Below are positions 1-13,650 of a DNA stretch of 64,000 bases, piece by piece. The DNA lies in contig JBDOQK010000032.1 of NCBI GenBank assembly GCA_040437565.1, forward strand, positions 1 through 64,000, written 5' to 3'. The notes below the pieces were generated by a model. The model saw only the letters and a list, made by a program, of their open reading frames with translations, searched no databases and was not told the DNA's origin. The first letter of the stretch is position 1, and each line of letters begins with the position of its first letter. The DNA comes from Albugo candida (taxonomy: Eukaryota). A program made the position numbers and the translations under genes.

Positions 1-2
1 TT

Positions 3-690
3 CAAGGTCACAAAGACGCGAACATGGTTACACATTTCTTTTCGAAAGGTGACGTGTTTATGGAAGCTTTCTCAGAGAGCTTGAGACAGATTGCAGAATC
101 TGGGAATATTCTAATGCAAGTGGTTAGCTGGGGTCAATATATTACATCCCAAACTCACGTTTCCTGTTCCCTAGTGAAAAAGGAACAACACGATGACTGC
201 AAACTTGGAATGGTCGAGTGGAATAGATTATCGGATCTCCAAGGTCACAAAGACGCGAACATGGTTACACATTTCTTTTCGAAAGGTGACGTGTTTATGG
301 AAGCTTTCTCAGAGAACTTGAGACAGATCGCAGATTTTGGGAATATTTTAATGCAAGTGGTTTCGCTGGGGTCAATACATGACATCTCAAACTCACGTTT
401 CCTGGTCCCTAGTGAAAAAGGAAAAACACGATGAGTGCAAAGTTGGGATGGTCGAGTGGAATAGATGATCGGATCTCCAAGGTCACAAAGACGCGAACAT
501 GGTTACACGTTTCTTTTCGAAAGGTGACGTGTTTATGGAAGCTTTCTCAGAGAAACTGAGACAGATTGCAGAATTTTCAAATATTTTAATGCAAGTGGTT
601 TTTCGCTGGTCAATATATGACATCCGTATTTTACGTTTCCTGGTTCCTTAGTGGAGAAACACGATGATAGCACAGTTGGGATAGTAGAGT
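3..690. repeat. Tandem repeat, 237-238 bp unit, about 2.9 copies visible (may continue left of the window)
   Basis: The unit start CAAGGTCACAAAGACGCGAACATGG recurs at 3, 240 and 478. Copies are similar but not identical. Confidence 0.9.
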
Positions 691-759
691 TGTCTACGTT
701 CAAACTAAACTGATCTTCGATCGATTGGTTTTGTGGCTAACCTGATTTCGTGAATGAAG

Positions 760-3700
760 AAATATTTATCAAGTCATGTCGATAGTTCAAAGACTCTACC
801 AACGAAAGATGCCATCGAATTAGCGGAGTGAAAAGTAAATAACGTGAGAGCTTTGGCGATTTTTTGACGATGCTGAGCCCACTATTTTAGACAATGGTGC
901 GTACAGCACGTAGCGCGAATCATCTATGGGATACTCTTCAGGGTTTTTCGTTCGGAAGAGTATGAACAAGAAGGTTCAACTAAGAAGACAACGACCTGAA
1001 TTTAAGATGGTCAAAGCACAGAATCTAGTCGACCACTTGATGAATCTGGATGAATTAGTACTGAATATGGGTGCGATCGAAGACCCAATCACCAAAGACA
1101 AAGCACTTGTGATACTACTTGGAAGTCTGACCGAAGAATATCAGCATATTGCAAGAATCATTTTCGAAAAAAACAAAAATATTATTTATTTTTTATTAAA
1201 ATGAAACTCTTTTTTAAACATGCGCAATGTCGACCTATTATGAGCCAAATCGGTTTTACAACGTGAATGGAGAAATATCCAGAGGAACGAGAGTAATGAA
1301 GTAGCGCTGAAGGCAAAGAAAGTGAAGTACAAGCAGGAAACAAATCGAAAGAAGAAGGCAGAATGTTTTTCAATGGACGGTGTTTTCATTATAACTAGCG
1401 TAGACATCGACAGAATGATTGCAGACAAAAGGCCTCGAGCAATCAAGAAAGCAAAACTGAACAACACGGTGCGCATGCATTTATGGCAGTCCAAAATCAA
1501 ACAACTTAGTCTTCCCGACAGCAGAGCGAGCAGTCGTATTGATTTCGTTAAACGTGATTTGAAAGTATCAAGCTTCTTGACCACCCCATTCAAATTTCGA
1601 TTTCAAATGGCACTTCAGTTGAAGCAATTGGCATTGGTACAGTACCCATAACGCTTACAAATGGAGAACGAGTAATCATAAATGACGCTCGGTTTGTTCC
1701 GAATATGGATCGACGTCTTTTATNNNNNNNNNNNNNNNNNNNNNNNNNNNNNNNNNNNNNNNNNNNNNNNNNNNNNNNNNNNNNNNNNNNNNNNNNNNNN
1801 NNNNNNNNNNNNNNNNNNNNNNNGCATTTATGGCAGTCCAAAATCAAACAACTTAGTCTTCCCGACAGCAGAGCGAGCAGTCGTATTGATTTCGTTAAAC
1901 GTGATTTGAAAGTATCAAGCTTCTTGACCACCCCATTCAAATTTCGATTTCAAATGGCACTTCAGTTGAAGCAATTGGCATTGGTACAGTACCCATAACG
2001 CTTACAAATGGAGAACGAGTAATCATAAATGACGCTCGGTTTGTTCCGAATATGGATCGACGTCTTTTATTGATTGCGGCACTGGTTTCGAAAGAGTTGA
2101 AGGTATTTTTTGTCGATAATTGGTGCGATGTTTCAAGCTCAAGAGTTCCAATCGTTAGAGTCCCTACTAGTGGAAAATGTACAGGCTTGATGAATCACCC
2201 GGAACGTCGAAAGATCAAGCAATGCTAGCAACTGTGGGATTTGGTGATCAATCTCAAAGAATTGAAGTATGGCATGCTCGTCTTGGTCATTTTCCAGAAA
2301 CGAAAATCAATGAATTGGGCAAATGTGGTAGTTAGCACAAACCTCTGGTCTCGATAATACCAATGAAGATGTATGCAGTGGATGTGCCAAAGGCCGGTTA
2401 ACAGTGAAGCCATCTTTGAAAATGATCGTAAAGCGGCCAAATACGAATGAATTATTGCAGCTTGTCCATAGTGACGTCATGGGACCGATGACACCAAGTT
2501 CTTCTGGTGGCTCAAAATATGTCGTGACATCTCTCGATGATTGTTCAAGATATATGAACGTGTATTCCTTAAAACCTAAGTTGGAAGCTGTGTACTATTT
2601 CGTTTAATACAAGTCGATGATGGAGTGACAAGTTGGAAAGAAAATGAAATGCATCCGGACCGATATCGGCAAGGAATATATCAACGGTTAATTTTGCGCG
2701 AATGGAGGAAGAATGGAATCATACACCAGACTAAAGTTCCGTCTTCCCCGAAACAAAATAGTCTAGCTGAACGGATGGACAGAACAATTATGGGGAGAGC
2801 AAGGACCATGTTAGAATACAAATGTGTTGAAAAGAAATGGTGGACGGATGAAAAAAAACACTGCTGCCTGTATTACAAATCGATTACCCAATAGTTACGA
2901 GCAGCCATGAGACCAATGGATGTATGCTCGGTATCAAGCCGGATATTGGTCATTTTCGAGTATTCGGTTCTGATGGATATGCATATGTTGATGAATCGAA
3001 GAGGAATAAACTTCAGAAAAAAGCTTATGCTAGCTTATTTTTAGGATACACGAACAATTCGAAAGGTTATAGCGTGCACAACAAGGAATCCGGGTAAGTC
3101 GAGATTTTAAGAACAGTACAATCATCGGAGTCAATTCAAGTTAAATACGCTGAAGTGTCCGATGGTAACATAAAAGCCCATGCGAATTATCATGACATGG
3201 AGAGCGAGGATAATTAGGATGATGAAAGTCCAGGTCAATTTCGAGCAGATCGTGTTGGTGATCTCGAAGATATTTCAATCGATGGTCGGTGAAGATGAGA
3301 GAAACCCAGTAAGAGCAAAGAATCACTCAATGACTTAGTATGATGACAGCTGGATGGCAATTGTCGACTTTCGTGAATGCTAAACTCCGCATTCTGGTAA
3401 TTACGATCTATTAATTTCACAACATGCTCATACTATTGTGCTGAGAGGGAGATTTGAACAAAAAACTGAGCATTATTTATCCACCACAAGTGGACAATCA
3501 GCTTGGTAAGTACACAGAGCTTTACCACCTTCTGTACCTTCCGATGGGATAGTTCCGCATGGTAGGATTGAGAATGATACACTTGATAAAGACCATTGAG
3601 AATCAAAACGACGTCGAATTACTCAAAAGAACTCATGTATCACACATGGAAACCCAGAGACGCATTCGAAAGCTATCGAAACCCACGACAGCAAAAATTG

Positions 3701-5578
3701 GAAGCTCTTTAGTCTTAGCTGTCTTCTTTAAAATCGAAACGACATAGCAATTGACGAATTCACCCTCGCAGGTATCTTTACAATCAAGCTTGATATACAC
3801 GGAAAGATGGAGCGATACAAAGCTCGTCTTGTTTCAGAAGGGTTTCGTTAGATTCCAGATATTGACTACAAGGCACCCTATTCACGTGCTTTCATTATAA
3901 ACTCAGTTCGAGTCTTTTATGCGTTATGCTACCAGCTCGGGTACAAAATAAATCACTATGATGTGGACACAGCTTTTCTGAATGGATACCTCGACGAAGA
4001 AGTTTACATGTGGCCTCCACATGGTTTCAACATGAGCCTGGAAAGGTATGCAAATCGAAACGAAGTATAATGGTTTGAAGCAGGCATCCGTCATAAGGTA
4101 CGGAACTATTCCTGACGTATTCGTGGATCAGATCAAGTTCAAGTATTGTTTTTTCGACGCTTGCATCTTTGTTCGAAGACACCAAGAAGGAAGTATTTTC
4201 ATTGCACTTTATGTGGATGATATGCGGATTGCAGCCAAATCAAGGAAAACGATACAAACGATTCAGCATCATCTTCAAAACTGTTTAGACTAAAGGGTTT
4301 GGGTACAGTACGATTTATTATTGGATTAGATTATCTGACATACTCAAATCACATCATCTCCTTTATACAATCCGAGCGTTCTTGGACAAAGATTGACCAA
4401 ATGCAATGAAAACAGACCAAGATATGCAAACGCGACCATATCGTTCACTTAATTGAGCATTTTTATAGGGAATTGCTATGTCCACCCACCACGTGACTTC
4501 CTGACCAATCAAATTACTGATTTCTTTCCAATCAACTTTTTACTATGTGACTACAGTTTCACAGCCCTGCATGCCGATCAAAGGTATCGGAACTCATAGT
4601 TGCACACCTTTCTAGAATCTCAATTCTAGATCAGCTAACTTTATCATGCTTTTCGTTGTACCGCGTCGTTCGAAAACAGTAAAGTACGCATTTACGGATC
4701 GTCATCATATGTCGTCTATCTACTACATCCTGCGAGAAAGTATTTAGGAGTTGAAAGTACGTTCAGTCTGGTCTGAGAATTAGAATGATAACGACAGCGG
4801 TCTTTTGCCGCATTTCTTGTAGCACGAGAAAGTTGTAAATACATTTGTGACTTGTTTATGGCGGCTTTCGAGCGCACAGACGCCCTGCCGCTGTACTGTT
4901 ATGGGATGGGCTATCATTTTCCAGATGTTGCACGTAACTGTTTTCAGTGGACTCGCCATCTTTATACCGCTATACCGCTTGTGTGCATCGCCCGAATTCC
5001 GAAGTGCCCTGTGCTGCAATCGAGTGCACGTTTGCGAAAGTTCTAGCAGAATTTTTTGGAATGAAAAGGGTGCTCTAAATTATCTCGTATGGGTGCGACA
5101 CGGATAGCGGATTTTCAATACACCTGGTTTCAGGCCGTTCATGTCAGATTATATGCATCCAGGGTGGGTCTACCAATCAAAACTTCTGAGAGAAGTGCCC
5201 CTATCATAAAAAGGTGAGTGGAAATAACGCCGTAACCTGATTGGTCAAAAAGTCACGCCGTGGTGGAAATGTCAATTCCCTTTTTACATGTGGCAATGTG
5301 AACTTGACCAGATGCCGCATTCGCAGTTTGGCAGTCGATTTCTAGGAAAATCCAAGCTCAGAACATTTGAGATGCAGGAATTTGGGTCTTACGTTACCTA
5401 AAAACGACTTCTGATTTCGGAATTATTGTAAAAGCGAAACGTCGACTCTGAAAAATTCAGCATACAGTGATTCCGAATGGGCAAGCAATAGCGACGATAG
5501 ACGTTCAATTTCCGGTACAATACTTTTGTAAACATTATGCCAGTCGTATCCAAATCTAGACTACAAAAGAACGTCGCG
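760..5578 (+). mobile_element. Degenerate Ty1/Copia retrotransposon 1 (gag-PR-IN-RT-RH remnants, no LTR seen)
   Basis: Gag LVILLGSLTEEYQHI. Protease region DSRASSR...FVPNMDRRLL. Integrase LVHSDVMGP...LDDCSRY and QNSLAERMDRT. RT YKARLV and IALYVDDM. RNase H AYSDSEWASNSDDRRSISG at about 5460. Many stops and frameshifts. Confidence 0.9.
4468..5280. mobile_element. Non-autonomous MULE-like TIR element inserted in the RT of Copia 1
   Basis: TIRs GGGAATTGCTATGTCCACC... and ...GGTGGAAATGTCAATTCCC. The 8-bp TSD is TTTTTATA (4460-4467) / TTTTTACA (5281-5288). The Copia RT resumes after it. The same TIR type ends the MULE at 31920. Confidence 0.8.
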
Positions 5579-8500
5579 CCAATCACAGCTTCACCACTCT
5601 GAGAACTAACGCCCAATCGACTGCTGTTGGTGGATGGGTACGTATCGTCAGCTTACGCACAGCGAAATTGATTTCTGGACGAGTGCGGCGCGCAAACAAT
5701 AAAAGGCTGCGAAGCCCGAAACTTCTTGATAGTTGGCTTCTTGGCTGAACGTATCTCCAAGCGGTCCGAATTCGATGCTGGACTATCGATGTAGTCTTGA
5801 CCGATAGGCGTGATAATCGGATGCGCTTAATCCAGATCCACTTTCATTAATAATACGCATATGGACGGCTCCTGATCGAAAGAGTATCCATCACCTTTGC
5901 TGTACCGAACTCGCATTCCCAAGAATTTTCTGACGGGCCTGAGATTCTTGATTAAAAGACTTGAAAGGCTATCAAATGTCGACTCGATTCTTGAAAGACT
6001 TAACCCCGTTATCAGTATATCGTCGACATATAATCTTGAAACCGTAATTCCTGTTGTCCCTTGATCGTAATACAAGCATGAGTCAGTCTTACAATCAAAT
6101 CGTTTCTCGAAGTAAATCAAAAAATTTGGAACTACGTAGCTGCTTCATTCTTAGTCTTGGCCAAGAATACTCGAAAATATTTCATTTTTTAGTTGATGGA
6201 ATTGATCAAATATCGAATTCTGCTTCGGTCTTTAGGGCCCTTCAAATCACTGCACATAACTCCACGAATTCCTTCCAACGGTAAGTTCATACCGGTATCT
6301 TTCCGAGACTGTTTATTCTTTGTTTGCTTGCTTTCCGTGCAAGTAATGAATTTCAATCGCCGATGGTCATCAAACTCGATCCCTGATTCCGGAAGCTTTG
6401 TTATAGTCTCAATAGTATCGTAGTTCGATTGACCGAATCGTTGGTGGAAGTGCAGAAGGTCTCTCATCTACTTGTTTCTTCTGTCCACGAACTCAAGTGA
6501 AGCAATTATGTCAATGGCACCGGAGAGCGTTCTTGACCTTCTGTATCGATGGAGAGAACGTTCTTGGCCATATTCACTTCGAACACGATCGCACCATGAG
6601 AACTACGCTGAACAACTCTCGATCCATCTGCTTGATACGTCAATTTGCATCCTTTAGCCTCAAGAGAGCATTCCTCGGTAATCCGCTGACTGTTCCGACA
6701 ATATCAGCCGTTTCGATACATCCATCTTCATTCCTTCGCATTTGAAAGTATGCATGATTCGTTNNNNNNNNNNNNNNNNNNNNNNNNNNNNNNNNNNNNN
6801 NNNNNNNNNNNNNNNNNNNNNNNNNNNNNNNNNNNNNNNNNNNNNNNNNNNNNNNNNNNNNNNCCGAGACTGTTTATTCTTTGTTTGCTTGCTTTCCGTG
6901 CAAGTAATGAATTTCAATCGCCGATGGTCATCAAACTCGATCCCTGATTCCGGAAGCTTTGTTATAGTCTCAATAGTATCGTAGTTCGATTGACCGAATC
7001 GTTGGTGGAAGTGCAGAAGGTCTCTCATCTACTTGTTTCTTCTGTCCACGAACTCAAGTGAAGCAATTATGTCAATGGCACCGGAGAGCGTTCTTGACCT
7101 TCTGTATCGATGGAGAGAACGTTCTTGGCCATATTCACTTCGAACACGATCGCACCATGAGAACTACGCTGAACAACTCTCGATCCATCTGCTTGATACG
7201 TCAATTTGCATCCTTTAGCCTCAAGAGAGCATTCCTCGGTAATCCGCTGACTGTTCCGACAATATCAGCCGTTTCGATACATCCATCTTCATTCCTTCGC
7301 ATTTGAAAGTATGCATGATTCGTTGCATTCCGTACGATGTTGTAACATGTTCATATCCATTACGAGATGCCTGCTGGATCCGCTGTCTAATATCCATGCT
7401 TTTTTCGTTTGTTCCAGCGTAGCTTTTGCATCCAATCTCTAATACGATGTCTTCGTTGCTGGAGGAGCTTTATTTCCTGCAATCCTTTCTCATATGTCCA
7501 CTTTTCCCACAATTGCAACATTTCATTTGCTTCTTCGGCTTGGATCCCCTTACTGCACCGATTCGGCCCCGAATCCAGTTTTTTGCCTCTCTTGATGCAT
7601 CACTGTTGGTGTCTGAATCCATAAGCTGGTCAAAGTGGCACACTCCCTCGGCTTGCCTTCTGGTGTCTTCTCTCATTGTATTAACACTGGCCATCAGAGC
7701 TTGTTTGAAATCAGGCTTTGCATACTTCATAACGCTTTTTAGAAGCATATCGTCTGCTCCACCGACTCCTTCACTGAATGCCGACAGGAATGGAAAAAAT
7801 TCGCTTCAAGAACGTCCATTCGGTTTTTTTTTGCGGTGAAAAAGCGTGTTGCTTGCGTGCTGGTGATTTGGGCCGAAACACTTCGTTGACTTGGTCCATC
7901 ACATCTTCGACTCTAGAGCATTGACTCATCCATTGAAGTACTTGCTGACCGTGATAAGTAAGAGCTTTCCCGCTTAGATGCCGTCCAAGACAGGCCAGCT
8001 TCACCTCCTCACTCCAAATCCCGCCGGGTGCTTGTTGCGCATGCAACAGTTGCCGCAAGAAAAGATTACCCCATTGCGTAAACGGCTCACCAAGTCCAGA
8101 GTATGTTTCTTTCCCACCTAATAACTGAATGGCGTGCTTCATATCCCTTGCTGCTGATACTCTCACTCGATTAAACCCGTCCAACGCATTATGTATCATG
8201 GCATGGACAAAGATATTCCTCATCCCGCTTCCACGATGCTGCATCTGTTTCGCATCCAGGGATGACATTGCAAAACCCTGTCGTTGGTTGCTTGAACCAG
8301 CAAATCTGCTCTCCGTTCGCGAGGGTGGTACGGGCGAGCCGACGCTCCACTCGGTCTCGATTTGTCCAGTAGATTTCCGATTGCCTCCAGCAGCAGCATC
8401 ATTCGTTCCATCTTCGACTCATCTGATCCGTCGGATTCTTCCATGCTCTTAGCGGATGGAATCTTGATTGGTCTTATAACCTGTTGGAGGTTAGCGAAGA

Positions 8501-8600
8501 TGGTGGCGTTCCAGTTAAATTGCCGAAACAATTTTCTTAATCCAATTCCCAACCAACCGTTTAGACTAAGGCCCAAGTGCTACTAGAAAGCTAAAGCACA
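5579..8600 (-). mobile_element. Degenerate Ty1/Copia retrotransposon 2, internally deleted and 3'-truncated
   Basis: Gag zinc knuckle CCNCGKSGHMRKDC, protease WILDSGSSRH, IN HQRFG and CSDLKGP, RT LYVDDILITG. Degenerate PBS at 8468-8481 is followed by a TG-starting LTR from 8482 (outer end uncertain). Confidence 0.88.
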
Positions 8601-8609
8601 TTCTTAAGT

Positions 8610-11600
8610 CCTTCCCACGGCTTTTCCCCGTCAAGTCCTTCCGATATACATCTATGTATCGAAAATATTTCTTCGCACGATGTCGAATGGTTGTGAGGGG
8701 GATAGATTCCAGAGCCTTAGGACTGCGCTAACCAGGCCTTTCCAGCTGGAGTCACAATTTTTGCGATCATAAAGCTTGGCAGCACCCAGAAGTTCTTAAT
8801 AAAGTTGAACTCACAGGCAGGGCAGGGACGTAATCAACGCAAGTAGATGAATTGCAGAATTTATTTTTATCAAAGTAAATTTCTGAAAAATTTATTTATC
8901 AAGTGTCCAGCGGCAACGATTAGTTCTTCCAACATGCCTTTCTGCTCCATGAAGTCATGTTCGTGGTCAATCGTATTTCTTGTACAGCACATTATTGAGA
9001 CAAGGCCTTTGTCATTGAAACAAAGACACATGCCATCTTTCCACAGGCCCCTTTCAGTAAAAACTACTTTCAATCCTTTTGGCAACCCGAAGAGAAGGAA
9101 AGGTTGAACAATATATTCAAATGGAAAGTCATTCAACTCAACAGCTCCTTCACCTCGAAGAGTAACATTAAGATGAGTGTCATGGAAGCGGATTGGCTGG
9201 ACTCCCGACAAGGGCATCAGTAGCAAATGCAGCACGACTGGTGCATTGTCAAACGCAAAGAGAGCTTTGGATGTGGGGTACTGTGTCCCAAAGAAGAGAA
9301 TTGCACGATCTTTCACTTGTTAGAATAGATCTTCATCAGTCCACCACCCATCATAATTCTTGCCAGGTTGCATAATAACTAAGGATGTGCTTAAAACAAA
9401 TTCCACAATTAGACAAAACAAACATTGTTTTATACACGTTTATACAAGGACCTTTTGTCTTTTTCCACCGTGCAATTTCCGTGGGTTTCTTTCTCCTGAG
9501 GAGGAAAAAAATACCATATAAATTAGCAAAGCCAATGCCTCGCCCTCAAGATCCTATCTGGTTGCTCTTTGGTCCCAAGTATAAGGATCCTTATGAGGAC
9601 AAAAGAATAGAAAGAGTGCGATGCAATGCCTGTAGCGAGTCAGTCGTTGCTTCGGCGTAACGGCTAAAGGAGCACTCAAAAAGTGTTCCGCTAGGGGCAG
9701 AGACGGAATTGATAGACTGCCACCTTCGAGCGAAGTTCCTCAGGCAGGTGGTAGCAATATAAGGAGCACTATAAAAACATTAGCGGCGTGTTGACAGTTT
9801 CAAACAGAATTGATACTACTTCAGAGTCACCACGTGGTCAGAGTCAAAGCTCTCAGCATCAACAGCAACTTACCAAGAGAAGCAACAGGGTAACAGATGG
9901 TACAATTACTGCATTGCAGACTCTATCTCTCCCGAACAGCAAACCAGACTGGAAGGACTGTTAGCTAAGGCACTACATCACTCCAGCCTACCATTCGCGG
10001 TGTTTGAAAGTGCAGGCTGGTATCAGTTCTTCCTAGCTGTTTGCCCCGGTCTAAGGATCCCTAGCCGAGAGAAGATTGGAGATGAATAGCTCGATAGTGA
10101 ATACCAGAACGTTATGCGAGACACGCTGACAGAGATATCAGAATGGCAGATGATGTGCTTTTCGATTGACGGCGCGACCAACGTCCAAGGTAAGAAACTG
10201 CTCAATCTTATGGCTTGTGGCTCAAAAGCCCTGTTCTGGAACACTTTACTATGGAGTTGCGGCGTGACTCCTCCGAATATTTCAAAGAAAAAGGTGCTAG
10301 ATTGCCAGAGCCGCCTTAAGGTGTCATTGGACAGAATTTCAACTGAGAACAACATACTTGAGGGTATTGAAACCAATGAATTGATGTGGTCTTCGTATCT
10401 GACTCTCTGAATGCCATGAAGAAATTAAGGAAGGTGCTGTGTAGCTTTGGAGCATTTGCAGTAGTTTTTGGATGTGCACCATATACCCTTAATACCTTTT
10501 CTCTGAATATTTTGAAGCTCGAAATAACCGCTCAAACTCTGAAAGAAGCAATGTTCATCGTGAAAAATCTCCAATGCATACATCTTGCCCAATCGCTCTT
10601 TGGTCAGCTCTGTGACGAAAAACCTCACCGACTCATACATTGATTCTCTTCACGGGTACTCGATAGTCGACAGCACATTTTATGTTTGTGAGACTCAATT
10701 ATGTGAAGTCAGTGGTTACATCGATCCCTGCAGCAGTCACTCACGATGACCTCTTCGATGAAGTGGCAGTGCCTGATGTTTTGGTTGGTGAAATCATGAA
10801 CACGTCATTCTAGAGAAGGTGCGCGGCCATAGAAGTGGTCATGAAGCCCATCTGCGCTTGTATTGCTTACTTTGAGGGCGATGAGGCGACCTTTTCTCCA
10901 TTGTATGCCTGTTTTCTCTATCTAAAGTTTAGTTTATCAAAGCTCAAAAGAAACTCTAGAGATATTCTCGCGTTGGATGATGCAGCACTTGATCAGTTAG
11001 ATACGCATTTAGAGAGCAGGCTCAAGGATATATACAGCCTGGCGCATGCCTTGGCATTTCCAACTGATCCTCTCTTTGATGAAATAAAAGACAGGCTTCG
11101 CAAGATAATGTCAATAGATTCATGGGGATGGGTCTAGGCAGCTAGTCTCATCAGCGCCGGAAGGCCCTAAAGCAGATTGCACCAGGGGATGCGTCCCAGA
11201 TAGTTCTGGGTGAGTGGGCAAGGTATTGCATTTGAAAGCCGATAAGCTCAGACTTATTTCCTATAGCACGGACTATGAAACCGGCACTGTTGTGGTCGCA
11301 GATGCAGGGTAAATATCCCAATCTTGCACCGCTATTAAATTTAGGTACACAGTAATCCTAATAAGCTGGATGCGGTGAACGCCGCGGCCACAAAGCTGCA
11401 AAGCGTGTGCACAACAATAGAAGAACCCGGCTTGGAGGACAAAAAGTGGAGAAGCAGACCTTTGTGATCTTTAATGCTAAGCAAATATCTCGTAGTTTAG
11501 GAGACTACAGGAAAGGGACAATCTTGGAAGCTATGGCAACTCTGAAGGTAACTCCTGAATAGCAGGAGGCGGCTGCTAATTCATCGGCTTCCAACGAGGG

Positions 11601-13400
11601 CGAGAACATCGGTGCTACAGTGCGCCGTTGCACCGATATTGACGATCAGGATGTTGACAGTGGGGATGTCAACGACATGGAGGATTAAGGGCTGATTGGA
11701 CTGCTGAATGGAGTTGCACAGCCGTCTGCCTTGTCAGACGTGCAGCTGTTTGGAGAGAGGAAGAAAGCAATGACGGGAAACCTCAACAACAGTAGAGCAG
11801 GAACCCACCAATTGGCGATGACAGAAACTGCTGGCAGCCAAGGATCCAAGAAGAGGAAACACTTGCAGCTGACCAAGTTTTCCTCCTCTGACGAGAACGC
11901 AAAGAGCAGTGATAAATATAACAACTCCGATAGAGATGATGAGTGAGAACCCCAAAATAGTAATGATTAGGTGAATAAAAAACCAAAAACAATTGTGCGA
12001 TGCAATTGGACGTATAAAACATGTAACAAACACCACATGTTGTATAAAACAGGGGTTTCAAACATACACATCCTTAATAATAACCCACGCTTCTCTTAGG
12101 ATGCTAGGATGCTCGAGCTGCTTAAAAAACTCACTCAGTCATAGGCAACCTCCAACCTCAGACAAGAAGTCGCTGACATGGATTGATCTTACAGCGCCTC
12201 CTTTTTGAAGTGGTTTCTGCCCATCCTTCAGCCAAAGATTCTTCTGCATCGTGTGCCGCGAAGGTACGTTCATCGTATGTTACAAGAACGATCGGCTCTC
12301 CCACTTGCCAGGTTTCAAACTCCATCTTCCTTCCTGATAATATGTGCATCTTCACTTCAAGATCCGCAATGCACTTCCGGAAGATATTACGGTACTTCAT
12401 AACGTCGGGGAGTTCATAATCATCTACGAACATTTCGTTCGCGGACTCTGGAAAGCTGTAGTCCCATTCTGCATCCATCGGATTGCGGTCTTATCAGAAC
12501 TCACTTTGGTGCTTCCTGCATTGAGATGAATGTGACGAGTGACGTGCTCGGTGAATTCATCGGCGTCAATTTTGCATCTGTTCTGACGGAGATAAAATAT
12601 GACTTTGGAAAGAGCATATCTATCCATCAAAAGCCGTTTGACTTGATATGTTGGCCTTGCTTGCTCTTCGAAAGATCGCCAATGGCTAGACACATGGTTC
12701 TTAAGTGCGAAGTAATCGACGAAACCATGATTCTTTCCCCACTGCCTAGAATATGACTTCTGAGGCTTGAAGCTTCTAAACAGTTGAATCATCATTAAGA
12801 CAATGAAATGTTACTTCAAAAAATATACTCAAGCAAAAGATTAACAACCTCAACTTACGGGTTATCTCTTTAAAAGGAGATGGAAACAAGATGTGATAGC
12901 AGCGAGTCGTGCACGTTGATCTTTGTTGGTTGTCTGTTTGGCCTGCTGGTCAAGTTTCGGCATTGCAGCGGCAAGGTGTCCCTCGGCCTTGTCGTCAATT
13001 TCGTTCTCATGCTCATCTTCGTCATTATTTTTCATGCTTTCGTTCTCATTTTCTGGTCCTGCTTGTGCATTATAAATTAAAAGTATCTTCCGCGTCGGCA
13101 AGAACAAGTGCAGCATTGCGGTTTTCTGCACGTTTTCTTCATCGAGTATGGATCGAGTTGCCGATGTACCGACCCAGACGGTTCGAAATAGAATGTTTTT
13201 TAGTGCTGCAAAGTCTACTTCATTATTAGTGAAACCCTCAGCCTTTTCGACCTCAAGCTCCGAATCATCGTTCCCCTCCATATCATAGGCCAAAATTTGG
13301 CTTATTGAAATCGGAAGGTTGGGCAAGTCTTCACTTAGAATTCTTAGGTTCCCATATAGCTCTGGCAGCCTCAATTCGAACTTTTTTCGATGTTCTTGAC
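8610..13400 (-). mobile_element. IS630/Tc1/mariner-related DNA transposon, copy 1 (pseudogene, split by hAT)
   Basis: Motifs LVTYDERTFAAHD, VSDFL, DGWW, FAFDNA, PKGLKVVFTERGLW, CCTR and CEFNFIKNFW are collinear with the copy at 24-26 kb. Boundaries are approximate. Confidence 0.8.
9380..12076 (+). mobile_element. hAT DNA transposon (decayed transposase)
   Basis: TIR TAAGGATGTG / CACATCCTTA. Perfect 8-bp TSD ATAATAAC (9372-9379 and 12077-12084). BED finger PIW...RCNAC, DUF659-type SIDGATNV, VSDS and GCAPYTLN. Confidence 0.92.
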
Positions 13401-13650
13401 AGTTTGAGCTGCTGTGAACGTTATGTTGGTTGGAGATTCAAATTATGGTGGTAGTGACTGGTTGCAATTAGAAACGGAAAGCGAACGCGGGAAAGAAAAT
13501 AACCATGAAATATATTTCAATTTATTTCGACATTATTAAGCTACACTAATCCTGATTGGCTGACAAACAGGCTATTGTCACGTTAGAAGTATAGGCTGCA
13601 TGAAAATGAGAATTTTCAACTTGGCCGTGAAATCCTGGAGTTGATGGTTA

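Noticed and set aside
3-690. CRISPR-like array (also considered for the 21-bp repeats at 31946 and the ~41-bp repeats at 26410-26500)
   Set aside because: There are no unique spacers and no cas genes, and the context is eukaryotic TE sequence.
1477-2070. 247-bp direct duplication of the Copia protease region
   Set aside because: Identical copies end and start exactly at a 100-N gap, indicating an unmerged contig overlap.
6303-7324. 461-bp direct duplication in Copia 2
   Set aside because: Identical gap-flank overlap, so an assembly artefact.
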